IMG/VR virus record: IMGVR_UViG_3300032782_000002
Source: a virus
Taxonomy: Duplodnaviria; Caudoviricetes
Length of the DNA: 64,000 bases
Strand: one strand, 5' to 3'
The notes under the pieces are model-generated. The model did no database searches. It was not told the origin of the DNA and worked only from the letters and a program-made list of their open reading frames with translations. How positions within the stretch are numbered: the stretch's first letter is position 1; the number at the start of each line of letters is the position of its first letter. Shown piece after piece: positions 1 to 9,081 of this stretch. The position numbers were made by a program, and so were the translations under genes.

Positions 1-190
1 GCCCACAGGCCCCGCGCCGGGAGCCGGCCCCGAACCGGGCCCCCGAGCGCGCCCCAGAGCCCGAGCCGGAGCCCCCGAGCGCCCCGGAGCGGGCCGGAGC
101 AGGCGCCCCGAGCCCAGGGCGAGCCCCCGCACCCGCAGGAGGCCCAGGCCCAGGCGCAGGGCAGGGGCCAGGGGCTCAGGGGCTCAGGGG
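1..190 (+). repeat. T-free low-complexity GAGC/CCGAGC/CAGG repeat tract ending in five G-tracts
   Basis: No T in positions 1-175; G-runs at 159-161, 164-167, 171-174, 179-182, 187-190. Confidence 0.8.
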
Positions 191-191
191 C

Positions 192-1529
192 CTACACGTT
201 GCGTACTTCCATCTGAACGCCTGCCGGTTGGACCGCGAGCGCCGCGCTGGCTTGCGCCATCACGTAGAAGTCGTACGCGCCTGCTGGCAAGGCAGCAGGC
301 GCATCCCCACCAGCCCCGTACATGACGTTGAGCGGGTAGTTGATGGCCGTGTTGGCCGGCACTGTGGGGTGTGTCGCCGCGAAGGCGTAATCGGGGGTGG
401 TCGGCGCGGCGCTTCCAGTAGGCACTGCCGCCACGCCCATGATCATCGTGCGCGATGTTCCGGTCGCGTTCGTCCAGATGGCCGTGATGGACACGGCTGT
501 CTTGGACGTGCTGACGGTGAAGTTGGTGACCAGCGGCAGTGCTGCCCAGTTCGGGCTCGCAGGGATTGCGCCGAACGGCCCCTGATCATCAGCCCACGCG
601 CTCGTGCGCGCGGCCGCGAGTTGATCGAGTGCGGCGGCGACCTGCGCCGGTGCGGGCGACCAGTTGCCTGGCGTCGATGGTGTGTACCCGACACCCTGGA
701 ACGCACCGGGATCGAGTGGGCCTGCGAGATCGGTGTACGTGAGCGTGCCGCCGGAGCCCTGCGGCGTCTCGACCTCGCTGCCCGAGCTGACGAACGACTC
801 CCAGGTCCCGCCGTTCGACGTGGCGATGGCGTTGCCGTGGATGGAGCTGTTCTCACGCCCGTTGGTCTGCCCCGTGGCCGCCCCCGCGAACTCGATGACG
901 GCGTGGGTGCCGTCACCGATCCCACCGGTCACGAGGTTCACCCAGCAGTACGAGCCCGCCCCGGCCTTCACGAAGCGGCCGGCGCCCGCCATGTTCAGGA
1001 CCGCGAACTGGTCGATGGTGAGGTTGAACTCCATGCCGGCCGTCAGCGTGACGACCGCGCCCGACGACGCCTCGCCGAGCACGTTGAGCCAGCCGGTGAA
1101 CGTGAGGACGCCGCCGGTGAAGTGGACGCCGTCCGCGAGCGTCAGCCGGGCGCCGCCCGTCGCCGAAGCGTAGCTGCTGGTGCCGGTGAACGTCACGTTG
1201 TCGACGTCGTAAGTCCCGGCGGGGATGACGACAGGCGAGGTGATCGAGTCGTCGATCAGGATGATCTTGGGGCCTTGCACCGTCGCGAGTACGGCGTAGA
1301 GCGCGGGCCAGTCGGTGTAGACGTTGTCCCCTGCGACGCCGCCGGGCCGATAGACGAACGCATACGGCTGGGTCGCCGCGTCGTGCGCCGCCAGCTCGTC
1401 GAGTGCCGCGCCAACATCGTCGGGCGCCGATGCCCAGTTGCCTGGAGTACCCGGTTCGTAGTTGATGTCGTCCGCATCGAGCGCGATCGGCCCGCGGCCA
1501 CCACCAATCTGAACGCTGCGCTTGGCCAT
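192..1529 (-). CDS. Fibre/spike-like structural protein (paralogue of 1533-2798)
   Basis: Gly/Thr/Ala beta-rich; two copies of Y.P.TPGNW...P..V.AALD.LAA, resembling phage fibre trimer motifs. Confidence 0.6.
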   Translation of the reverse strand: MAKRSVQIGGGRGPIALDADDINYEPGTPGNWASAPDDVGAALDELAAHDAATQPYAFVYRPGGVAGDNVYTDWPALYAVLATVQGPKIILIDDSITSPVVIPAGTYDVDNVTFTGTSSYASATGGARLTLADGVHFTGGVLTFTGWLNVLGEASSGAVVTLTAGMEFNLTIDQFAVLNMAGAGRFVKAGAGSYCWVNLVTGGIGDGTHAVIEFAGAATGQTNGRENSSIHGNAIATSNGGTWESFVSSGSEVETPQGSGGTLTYTDLAGPLDPGAFQGVGYTPSTPGNWSPAPAQVAAALDQLAAARTSAWADDQGPFGAIPASPNWAALPLVTNFTVSTSKTAVSITAIWTNATGTSRTMIMGVAAVPTGSAAPTTPDYAFAATHPTVPANTAINYPLNVMYGAGGDAPAALPAGAYDFYVMAQASAALAVQPAGVQMEVRNV

Positions 1530-1532
1530 GGG

Positions 1533-2798
1533 TTAGCCGAGGTCGAGAATCGCCCAGTTGATCGCCTGCGCCGCGATCGTGAACGTCGAGCCTCCGCCTC
1601 CGGCGAACACCAGCGAGTAGGCCACGGGCGAGTCGCCCGAGTCGTCGATCGCGGAGATGGTCCCGCCGAACTTGCCCGTGCTGTCCGGCTGGCAGTAGAT
1701 CGGTACTCCGATCGTGTTGCCGTTCTCCTGCAGCGTCACGCTGACGGCTGCGCTGGCCTCGCCGTTGCACGTACCACGGAACGACGCGCTCACGAACGTC
1801 GCCTTGGCTCCTGTGCCGGGCGTGTAATTCGTAGCCGACAGCGTCTGCGGCGTCGGCTGCGTGACGATTCCGCCCGCGTTCGTCTTGTTGGTGTTGTTCT
1901 TGGCGGCGAGCGCGTCGAGGGCGTCGCCGACGTCGGTCGGTGCCGTGACCCAGTCGGTTGGCTCGCCCGGATCGTAGCCGACTCTGTAGGCGTCGTCCGC
2001 GAACGCGACGGTGACGTCTCCGGGCTGCGTGTGGACGTTGCTGCTGGCGTCGTGCCTGATCTGCGTGCCGCCCGAGAAGGCCGCGTCGGTTGCCGACGCG
2101 GCGATCGTCGTGCCGTCGTAGGCCTGCACGAACATGTTGCCCCCGGTGTTGCCGAGGAGCGTCGTGTGCGTGCCGTCGCCGATCAGGCTGGAGTTGCTCA
2201 CGACCTCGACGAAGCCGCCCGTGTCGGCTTTCGCGAATGGGCCTGTCGACGTGCTCGCCAGGCTCGTGCTGTACAGATAGATGTTCGCCTCGGTGTTCGA
2301 GGGCGTCTCGATGCACGGGGCGCTGCCGGCAAACGTCACGTCGAGGCTCGAAAACCAGATCGTGGTCTGCGGGCTGATGCTCACGCCGTCGGCGAGCTGC
2401 AACGCCGCGCCGCCGCTCGCCGTGTTGAAGTTGGGGGCGCCCTCGAAGTGCCAGTCCGAGAGAGCGTAGGATCCGCCACCCGTCTTCGGAGGCACTACGG
2501 CCGGCGATGTAATGCTGTCGTCGACCACGACACGCACACCCCCCGCGATGGCGACGGCCGCCGCGTACAATGCGTTGAAGTCCGTGTAGACGTTGCCGCC
2601 TGCGACGCCGCCGGGCTGGTAGACGACCGAGTAGGTCTGCCCGCCGCCGCCCTTGGCCGCGAGCTGGTCGAGCGCTCGCCCGACGTCTTCGGGCGGGGGC
2701 GACCAGTTGCCCGGTGTCTCGGGCTCGTAGCTGACATCGTCGGCGTCGATCTCCAGGTAGCCCCGTCCGCTACCGACGTAGATGCCTCTGGGCCGCAT
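1533..2798 (-). CDS. Fibre/spike-like structural protein
   Basis: Shares DADD.Y.P.TPGNW..DVG.ALD.LAA and VY.PGGVAG.NVYTD..ALYA...DDSITSP with 192-1529; start 2798 chosen because TACCAT lies 7 nt upstream. Confidence 0.6.
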   Translation of the reverse strand: MRPRGIYVGSGRGYLEIDADDVSYEPETPGNWSPPPEDVGRALDQLAAKGGGGQTYSVVYQPGGVAGGNVYTDFNALYAAAVAIAGGVRVVVDDSITSPAVVPPKTGGGSYALSDWHFEGAPNFNTASGGAALQLADGVSISPQTTIWFSSLDVTFAGSAPCIETPSNTEANIYLYSTSLASTSTGPFAKADTGGFVEVVSNSSLIGDGTHTTLLGNTGGNMFVQAYDGTTIAASATDAAFSGGTQIRHDASSNVHTQPGDVTVAFADDAYRVGYDPGEPTDWVTAPTDVGDALDALAAKNNTNKTNAGGIVTQPTPQTLSATNYTPGTGAKATFVSASFRGTCNGEASAAVSVTLQENGNTIGVPIYCQPDSTGKFGGTISAIDDSGDSPVAYSLVFAGGGGSTFTIAAQAINWAILDLG

Positions 2799-2852
2799 GG
2801 TGACCATGGTACTCGGCCGCGCTCGCCATGGCCACGATCGTGGCTTGACAGG

Positions 2853-2871
2853 TTGATTGAGATCTGATTAG
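2853..2871. promoter_or_regulatory. AT-rich operator-like box TTGATTGAGATCTGATTAG
   Basis: 16/19 identical to boxes at 3956 and 24342; 55-73 nt upstream of predicted start 2798. Confidence 0.6.
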
Positions 2872-3320
2872 CCGCTACGCGCCCAGTCGTCGACGAGGCG
2901 CTCAGCGCCCGCGGCGGCAACCACGTCCTCGCAGCGTGGCATGATGGACAGGTCCAGGTAGGGGCCTCCACCCAGGTGGATCGACCATGCGCGTCGACCG
3001 TGAGGCTTGTGCGCTGGGTTGGGCAGGGAGCCTGGCGGCGGCTCCCACTTCGCGGACGCCGTCCAGCCCGCAGGCCCCACCGCGCACCCCATCACAGCCT
3101 CGCAGGCGGCGTGAATGGCCCGCGCGAGCGTGTCAGCATCGAACGCGCCGTCGCGCCACGGTACGGCGAGCAGATCGATGTCGCGCTCCAGCGATCCATG
3201 AACGGCAAGAGCGTACCCGTGACGGCGCGCCACCTCGCGCAGCGCCGGCAGCAGGATCGCCACCAGCTTGTGCGCGCGCCGGATGTGGTCCTCGCTCGGC
3301 CGACTGTCGGTCTCGCTCAA
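2868..3320 (-). CDS. Nucleotidyltransferase-fold-like phage protein
   Basis: AVHGSLERDIDLLAV matches hGS...DxD; TTG start overlaps upstream TGA. Confidence 0.5.
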   Translation of the reverse strand: MSETDSRPSEDHIRRAHKLVAILLPALREVARRHGYALAVHGSLERDIDLLAVPWRDGAFDADTLARAIHAACEAVMGCAVGPAGWTASAKWEPPPGSLPNPAHKPHGRRAWSIHLGGGPYLDLSIMPRCEDVVAAAGAERLVDDWARSG

Positions 3321-3505
3321 TCCGGCTCGCCCTCGTAGATGAACCCGTCGGCGCTGCGCCGGATGTTGACAGGACCCCAAGCGAAGCCCACGCGCCCCTG
3401 GATGACTAGCCGGTGGGAAGCCGTCTCGATGAGCACGCGCTGCGAGAAGTACTCGTGCTCGACGACGCGATAGTTGGCCCGGCGGCTCTTACGGGTCGTG
3501 GCCAC
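3317..3505 (-). CDS. Hypothetical protein
   Basis: 62 aa ORF coupled to the downstream gene. Confidence 0.5.
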   Translation of the reverse strand: MATTRKSRRANYRVVEHEYFSQRVLIETASHRLVIQGRVGFAWGPVNIRRSADGFIYEGEPD

Positions 3506-3517
3506 GAGCCGCCTCGG

Positions 3518-3904
3518 TCAGCGACCCTTGCCGCGCACGAGCCCCACGACGACCATGGTGACGGCGGCGATCAGCGCCGAGGCGGGCAGCGGCGTCTCGT
3601 AGGTCGAGCAGACCGGATCGCTCGCGGGCAGAGCGCTGCCGGGGACCGGCTGGCCGCTCTGGGCGTCGTACCAGGGGCAGCGCGTGTACGCGTAGGTCCC
3701 GACGGCCAGGACAGCCACGGCGAGCGCCGCGCCGGGCAGCAGGGGCGCACCGATGAGGTAGGCCCCCAGCAGGCCCGCCGGGAGCCCGTAGAGGGCCGGC
3801 TTGGTCCACTCGCTGGCTGGTGACGCGAGCGCCGCGGTGCCCTGCTGGCCGACTGCGGTGTGGATGCGCCTGCGGCGCGGTACGAGGTAGAAGACACTCG
3901 CCAT
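3518..3904 (-). CDS. Small membrane protein
   Basis: Three hydrophobic segments; N-terminus MASVFYLVPRR; TACAAT 6 nt upstream of ATG. Confidence 0.65.
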   Translation of the reverse strand: MASVFYLVPRRRRIHTAVGQQGTAALASPASEWTKPALYGLPAGLLGAYLIGAPLLPGAALAVAVLAVGTYAYTRCPWYDAQSGQPVPGSALPASDPVCSTYETPLPASALIAAVTMVVVGLVRGKGR

Positions 3905-3955
3905 GGCCCGATTGTAGCCGATGTCGGACTGCGGGGGCGCGCGACCTCGCAGGGG

Positions 3956-3974
3956 CTAATCAGGAATCAATCAA
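3956..3974. promoter_or_regulatory. AT-rich operator-like box (reverse complement TTGATTGATTCCTGATTAG)
   Basis: Exact 19-bp reverse complement of 24342-24360. Confidence 0.65.
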
Positions 3975-4354
3975 CGGCTGAATGCTGCCGCCGAGCGCGT
4001 CGCCATTCCCTCGGCCAGCGACCGCCCCGCGGCGACCGCCTCGCGGATGGTGCCGTAGAGCTTCGCGCGCGTGCCGGCGCCAGCGACGACCGGGTAGTAG
4101 GTGCCCTGCGCGGTCTCGTAGACGCGGATCTCGCGCCCGCCCTGGTAGGCGGTGGCCACGGTCTTGGGCAGCGCCGGCACGTCCCCGTGCGTGCCGCGCT
4201 GCTCGTAGCGGCGAATGCGATCGAGGGCGCTGTGGGCGGCCCGCTTGGTGCGGAAGTTGTAGGTGCTGCCGTGCCACTCCACGTTCCACGAGCCCCTGGC
4301 GAGGCGCGTGATGCGCGCACGAGGCCGCGCTGCTGCTGTGCGATGCGTGTTCAC
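3971..4354 (-). CDS. Hypothetical basic protein, paralogue of 7751-8146
   Basis: VATAY.GREIRVYE...YY..V.G...GTIREA shared; TAGACT 6 nt upstream of GTG. Confidence 0.65.
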   Translation of the reverse strand: MNTHRTAAARPRARITRLARGSWNVEWHGSTYNFRTKRAAHSALDRIRRYEQRGTHGDVPALPKTVATAYQGGREIRVYETAQGTYYPVVAGAGTRAKLYGTIREAVAAGRSLAEGMATRSAAAFSR

Positions 4355-4363
4355 CGCGCCAGT

Positions 4364-6604
4364 CTACTCGATCTCGTACAGCTCGCGCAGCTCTCGACTG
4401 CCCTCGGCCTCGGGGGTTGTCCTACCCGGCACGAAGGGCGCGCTCTCGACACCTCCGAGATCGCGGACGATGAGGCGCGACATGGGCCCACCGCGCTGCA
4501 GCTTGCGCTCACGCTTCGGGAAGGGATCGAAGTTGACGAGGGTCGTGTGATCCTGCCAGGTGCCGTAGGTCCCGGCGCGGATCTCGCCGGCCTTGAAGCG
4601 GAAGCCGACCAGACCGCACGAGGGACAGCCCACCTCGGGCACGCCGGGGAAGTCGGTGCCGCACCGGCAGCGGCTCATGCCCACGAGCGACGCCTTGAGC
4701 GCGAAGAACCGACGCGCGACGACCGGCACAGTCATCGTGAAGTCCTTGCGATCCCACGTCTCCCAGGCGCGCAGCATGGACGGCGCGGCGGCGAGCAGCT
4801 CCGAGCGTCCGAGGCCGCGGGCGCGCGCCTTGTCCATGTCGAGGCTGAAGAACAGCCCCGGCCGGACGAAGAGGGCCCCGGACGGCTCGACGTCGTGCGT
4901 CCAGCCGCCCAGGCCCTGCCGCTCCTCGTGCAAGCCGAGATTGCGCGCGGCATAGATGCCGTCGGTGGACACGGTGAGCACGTCGCGTCCGTGCCGGAAG
5001 AGCACCCCGAGGACGACGGCGCGCGTATGGGCGGTCATGTTGCCGGCCCAGATGTAGCTCTGGAACTTGTGGGACCCGACGCCCTGCGAGAGCTTGCCGC
5101 CGCAAGCGTTCATGCCGTTCTTGAGCACCTTGCCGGCGGCGTCCTTGCCGAGGCGCACGCGTTCGTCGTACGCCTCGCGCATGAACCCGAAGGGTCGATG
5201 ACTGCAGTCGGTCTCGTAGATCCACGCTTCGTGTGCATCGACCAGACCGGGCCAGCCGCGCACGGCGGCGAGGAACTCCGAGCGCCACGCCCACCCTCGG
5301 AAGCCCGTACCGAAGACGAGCGATCCGTTCTCGTCACGACACGGCAGGGGCGCCCAGTACATCTGCTCGCGTTCGCTCGCGCGGGCGCTGCGAACCTCGA
5401 AGCGCACACACGCGAGCGTCGCGCGCTCGATCGCACGGGCCAGCCCACGACCCTTGACGTGGCGCCACCGCCCACACCGCAGACACGGCATGTCCTGCAG
5501 CGCTGCGGGGTAAGCCGCCGTGATGTCGAAGCCGTGCGCGGGTCGATCGAAGCGGCCGATGATCGCCTGCTCGAAGCGGCCGCCGAAGTCGGCGCGCATG
5601 ACGGCATCCCGCAAGTCGGAATCGAGCGACTCCATGCGCGGCCCCATGAAGCGCTGCACGCCGTGCCGCTTGAGCATCGCCGTCGCGCTCGCGCCCGATC
5701 CGTCGTAGCGCGTCAGCTGCAGCCCCAGCCTGGTATGCGCGTCCACCACCTGCCGCATCATCCGAGCCAGCAGAGCACACTCCAGCTGGCAGTACCGCTC
5801 GATCTCGGGCGCCGGCAGGGACGCGAACTCGGGGCGCCGCTTCTTCATCGCGGCGATGACGTCGCGCTCCTCGGGCGTGCCGATGCCGAACGCGGTCAGG
5901 GCGTCGACGAAGCTCGTCTGGAAGAACCGCCACGCATCCCAGACCCGTGCGGTTCTACCGTCCTGACCGACCGTGAAGGTGCCGCGCAGAAAGTCGTAGT
6001 GGCGCGGCCCGATGCGCAGACTGCGGGTGAAGCCGCGCACCGATCGCGACCGGCACTTGGGGCAACGCCGGATCGTGGCGAGCGTCCAGCGATGTGCGCA
6101 GCTCTTGCAGACGTAGCCCTTGCGCATGTCGGGGTGCGCGAGGCCGTAGCGATCCTCGATGGCGAGCCCCTCGACGATCTTGGTCGCGTCGTAGCTGAAG
6201 CTGAAGCCGACCTTGAGCGTCGCGCGCGGAATGGACAGCAGCGTCTCGACGCACTGATCGTGGGTCAGCCCCGCCGCGTTGCGGGCTTCGGCGACCAGAC
6301 GGCCACGCTCGTCGACCGCGCACAGATACGTGTAGACGTGGCGGCCATCGGGCGTGTCGTGCCCCTCGCCGTCGACACCAACGATGTAGCGCGCGGCCTG
6401 CCGGTTCGGGCGGTCGGCGTCGTACCGCTTGCGCGAGCGCAGCCGGCGCTTGCTGGGGTGAGCGCTCGCCGGGCGGTGGCAGTGGGCGCACGGATCTCCC
6501 TTGGGCGCGTGCCATAGGCGCTCGCGCGCCTTGCGATGACGGCAAGCCGGGGCGCCGCAGCGCGTGCACGGATCGCCCTTGGCGGCGTGCTCGATCTTGG
6601 GCAC
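4364..6604 (-). CDS. polB: Family B DNA polymerase (protein-primed/piPolB-like) with extra Cys/His zinc-finger modules
   Basis: ExoI GVDGEG, ExoII FSYD, ExoIII YCQLE, DFGGRFE, motif A FDITAAYP, motif B KNGMNACGGK, motif C VSTDGIY. Confidence 0.85.
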   Translation of the reverse strand: MPKIEHAAKGDPCTRCGAPACRHRKARERLWHAPKGDPCAHCHRPASAHPSKRRLRSRKRYDADRPNRQAARYIVGVDGEGHDTPDGRHVYTYLCAVDERGRLVAEARNAAGLTHDQCVETLLSIPRATLKVGFSFSYDATKIVEGLAIEDRYGLAHPDMRKGYVCKSCAHRWTLATIRRCPKCRSRSVRGFTRSLRIGPRHYDFLRGTFTVGQDGRTARVWDAWRFFQTSFVDALTAFGIGTPEERDVIAAMKKRRPEFASLPAPEIERYCQLECALLARMMRQVVDAHTRLGLQLTRYDGSGASATAMLKRHGVQRFMGPRMESLDSDLRDAVMRADFGGRFEQAIIGRFDRPAHGFDITAAYPAALQDMPCLRCGRWRHVKGRGLARAIERATLACVRFEVRSARASEREQMYWAPLPCRDENGSLVFGTGFRGWAWRSEFLAAVRGWPGLVDAHEAWIYETDCSHRPFGFMREAYDERVRLGKDAAGKVLKNGMNACGGKLSQGVGSHKFQSYIWAGNMTAHTRAVVLGVLFRHGRDVLTVSTDGIYAARNLGLHEERQGLGGWTHDVEPSGALFVRPGLFFSLDMDKARARGLGRSELLAAAPSMLRAWETWDRKDFTMTVPVVARRFFALKASLVGMSRCRCGTDFPGVPEVGCPSCGLVGFRFKAGEIRAGTYGTWQDHTTLVNFDPFPKRERKLQRGGPMSRLIVRDLGGVESAPFVPGRTTPEAEGSRELRELYEIE

Positions 6605-6985
6605 TCAGTTTCTCGCGTTCATGTAGCGATCGAAACGCTTGCGATCGTACAGGTTGATGTACGCAGGGGGCATGTGGGCCTGGCGTGCGATGTCGTGTGC
6701 GAGCACCTCGATGAGCGCGTAGGCGCGGCACCGGCATTCGGTGGTGTCCTGCGGATGCCCGAGCAGCCGGATGACGTGCATGGCTCGCGGGACGGCCGAT
6801 GCGAGCATCTTGGTGATCGTGCGCGTCGCCTGCGCGACATCCTGCCCGGCGACATGCGGGCGCGCGATGTGCGAGGCGACGATGTCCGCCACGGCCTGCG
6901 CCCAGCAGGGTTCGAGATCACGCCGCGTAGTGCGACGCGGCTTCTTGGTGCGCTTGGACTTGATGTTTTTCTTCGCTGCCGGCAT
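6605..6985 (-). CDS. Hypothetical protein directly upstream of polB
   Basis: 126 aa ORF abutting the polB start, Lys/Arg-rich N-terminus. Confidence 0.6.
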   Translation of the reverse strand: MPAAKKNIKSKRTKKPRRTTRRDLEPCWAQAVADIVASHIARPHVAGQDVAQATRTITKMLASAVPRAMHVIRLLGHPQDTTECRCRAYALIEVLAHDIARQAHMPPAYINLYDRKRFDRYMNARN

Positions 6986-6992
6986 GCCCTTC

Positions 6993-7421
6993 TCACAGCA
7001 TCTGGGGTGAGAACCACTCGTCGCGCGCGGCGCGGGTTGTGAAGCCCAGCTCCTCGGCGCGCGCCAGGAACGCGAGCCACGCCGGATCGTTGTTGTCGAT
7101 CATGGCGACGAGCACCTTCCAGTCGGCGCGCAGCTTGCCGTGCAGCCCGTCGGCGGCCGCGTAGCGCGCCTGGCGGAACCAGCGCGTGCGCCAACCCTTC
7201 TTGGCCCTGCGGCTGCGCGCGCGCTTGTTCTTGCGGCGCGTCTCCCAGCCCTTGATCGCAGCCTGCTGGCGGATCTTGGCGAGACGGCGGGCCTCGCGCT
7301 CGCGCGCTAGAGCTTTGCGCCTGCGGGTGTCCCATCCCTTGAGGGCTGCCTGGACGCGTACGGGATCCTTCGCACGCGGGCGGCGCGGCGTCTTCTTCCT
7401 CTTGTCGACCCCTCGCGCCAC
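6993..7421 (-). CDS. Arg/Lys-rich protein with three KGW.TR repeats (probably DNA-binding)
   Basis: KGWDTRR, KGWETRR, KGWRTRW. Confidence 0.6.
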   Translation of the reverse strand: MARGVDKRKKTPRRPRAKDPVRVQAALKGWDTRRRKALAREREARRLAKIRQQAAIKGWETRRKNKRARSRRAKKGWRTRWFRQARYAAADGLHGKLRADWKVLVAMIDNNDPAWLAFLARAEELGFTTRAARDEWFSPQML

Positions 7422-7470
7422 GGTCTGCCCACCCTACCGCCGAGGTCGGGGCTGCTCAAGATGAATCAGC

Positions 7471-7499
7471 TTGAATAGCGCGACGCAGCTGGCTAGCAT
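7471..7499 (+). promoter_or_regulatory. Sigma70-type promoter
   Basis: TTGAAT-N17-TAGCAT, 9 nt before ATG 7509. Confidence 0.6.
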
Positions 7500-7508
7500 C
7501 ACCGCTCG

Positions 7509-7754
7509 ATGACGCTGCGTCAGCTCGCACGCAAGCACCTTGCGCCGGGGCTCGCCGACAACCCGAAGCTCGTGCTCGTGCTGGCTGCGCGCTGCGACGT
7601 GAGCCCCAACACCATCCGGCGGTACTTGCTCACCGCCGAGCCGATGCAGCCGGCGTCCATTCGACGCATCGAGCGCACCCTGGCGAACGACGATCCGGAG
7701 CTGCGCGCCGCGCTGCCGATCGACAGCTGGCTCGCGGCGGTCACGCACCGCTAG
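7509..7754 (+). CDS. Small HTH-like regulator, divergent from the polB operon
   Basis: LAARCDVSPNTIRRYL resembles a helix-turn-helix; has its own promoter. Confidence 0.55.
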   Translation: MTLRQLARKHLAPGLADNPKLVLVLAARCDVSPNTIRRYLLTAEPMQPASIRRIERTLANDDPELRAALPIDSWLAAVTHR

Positions 7755-8146
7755 CGGCGCTTGCGGCGGCGCTTGTAATTGCCGAGCATCGACTTGCCGT
7801 GCGACGCGGCCTCACGGATGGTCCCGAACGGACCGGGCACGCCCGTCATGCCGGGGACCTCGACGTAGTAGCCGTTCTTGTGCTCGTAGACGCGGATCTC
7901 GCGACCGCGCGCGTATGCCGTCGCCACTAGGGCGTCGCCGAACCGAGAGCGCCGCGACATGCGCGTCTCGGCGTGGAGCAGTCCACGGCTCTGCAGCTCG
8001 TAGGCGGCGCGCTTGAGCGTCTTGGGATCGGGGGCGTCCGGCTGCGCGTGACCGCCGCGCGTGAGCTTGCCGATGTACGCGTCCGCCGCGTAGACGGCGT
8101 AGCCGCCACCGCGAAGGCGCTCGAAGCGAAGGCCGCGCAGCGCCAT
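7751..8146 (-). CDS. Hypothetical basic protein, paralogue of 3971-4354
   Basis: ATG overlaps upstream TGA; shared GREIRVYE domain. Confidence 0.6.
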   Translation of the reverse strand: MALRGLRFERLRGGGYAVYAADAYIGKLTRGGHAQPDAPDPKTLKRAAYELQSRGLLHAETRMSRRSRFGDALVATAYARGREIRVYEHKNGYYVEVPGMTGVPGPFGTIREAASHGKSMLGNYKRRRKRR

Positions 8147-9072
8147 CAGTGCCTCTCGCGCAAGCCGGGGAACCAGCGCTCGACCGCACGCCGTACGCGC
8201 GCGGAGTCCTTGTCGCGGATCAGGTTGATGGACCTGCCGCGCGAGTCGTAGATGACGGCCGTCCAGACGCGGTAGTCCGGCTCGTAGGTCATCTTGAAGT
8301 GGTGCGCCTTGCGGGCGCGCGCGTTGCCGTAGCGGCGACCGGCGATGCCGAGCTTCATGTCGCCGCGCGTGGCCTTCTGGGCTTCGTGGACGAGCGGTCC
8401 GCCGTGGAGCCGCGCGACGATGCGCTCGGCGCGCGCGGCGCGGCGTTCGTGGGCTGCCAGCTCGGCGCGCCACTGCTTGAGCAACGCACCCTTGGCCTTG
8501 TGCTTGACGATCGCCTCGCGGATCCCCTGCGCGCCACGCCGCTCCCAGTAGGCGTACTGCCTGTAGCTCTCCGCGACCTTGGCCGGCTCGCCCTTGTAGA
8601 GCGGAAAGTCGCGGCTCGAACGGGCCTTGCGATTGCTCTCCTGCAGGCGCGCCTCCAGCTCCTCGCGGCGCTCGCGCGGCGTCTTGCGACGAGGCGGCTT
8701 GGCGGCTTTGACCCAGCGGCCCTCCACGCGCTTGTGGAGCGCGTTCGGCTTGCGCGTGAGCACGCACCGCGGGAGCCGCTTGGCCTGCCCGACCGGCTTG
8801 AGCATGTAGAGGTACGTGTACTCGACGTAGCACTTGCCCGACGCTTCCGAGAGCCGCTGTTCGTCATCCGAGGACCACTGCCGCACACGCGCGCGCTGGT
8901 CGTAGGCGACCCAGGCGCGCGGCCCGAGTGCCTCGTCGCCCCGGTACGGCGGCAGGATGCGCAGGATGACGCCGGGCGCTCCGTAGTCGTTGCGCACGAG
9001 CGTACCGACCCGAAAGCGGCCGCCGCTGCCGCCGAACCCCTTGACGTCGTATGCCTTGCGCGCCTTCGCCAT
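8146..9072 (-). CDS. Hypothetical basic multi-module protein
   Basis: 308 aa ORF with GAGG RBS, coupled to neighbours. Confidence 0.6.
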   Translation of the reverse strand: MAKARKAYDVKGFGGSGGRFRVGTLVRNDYGAPGVILRILPPYRGDEALGPRAWVAYDQRARVRQWSSDDEQRLSEASGKCYVEYTYLYMLKPVGQAKRLPRCVLTRKPNALHKRVEGRWVKAAKPPRRKTPRERREELEARLQESNRKARSSRDFPLYKGEPAKVAESYRQYAYWERRGAQGIREAIVKHKAKGALLKQWRAELAAHERRAARAERIVARLHGGPLVHEAQKATRGDMKLGIAGRRYGNARARKAHHFKMTYEPDYRVWTAVIYDSRGRSINLIRDKDSARVRRAVERWFPGLRERH

Positions 9073-9081
9073 CGCGACCTC

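Noticed and set aside
2831-2850. 14-bp palindrome GCCACGATCGTGGC followed by TTGACA as a plus-strand promoter
   Set aside because: No matching -10 or credible plus-strand gene downstream; single occurrence
228-2867. Long antisense ORFs (also 3860-6517, 8149-9420, 9051-11366, 12425-14347, 20210-22447, 31908-33506, 42775-44724)
   Set aside because: Arg/Ala/Gly-rich shadow frames expected at high GC, lying opposite genes with recognisable motifs
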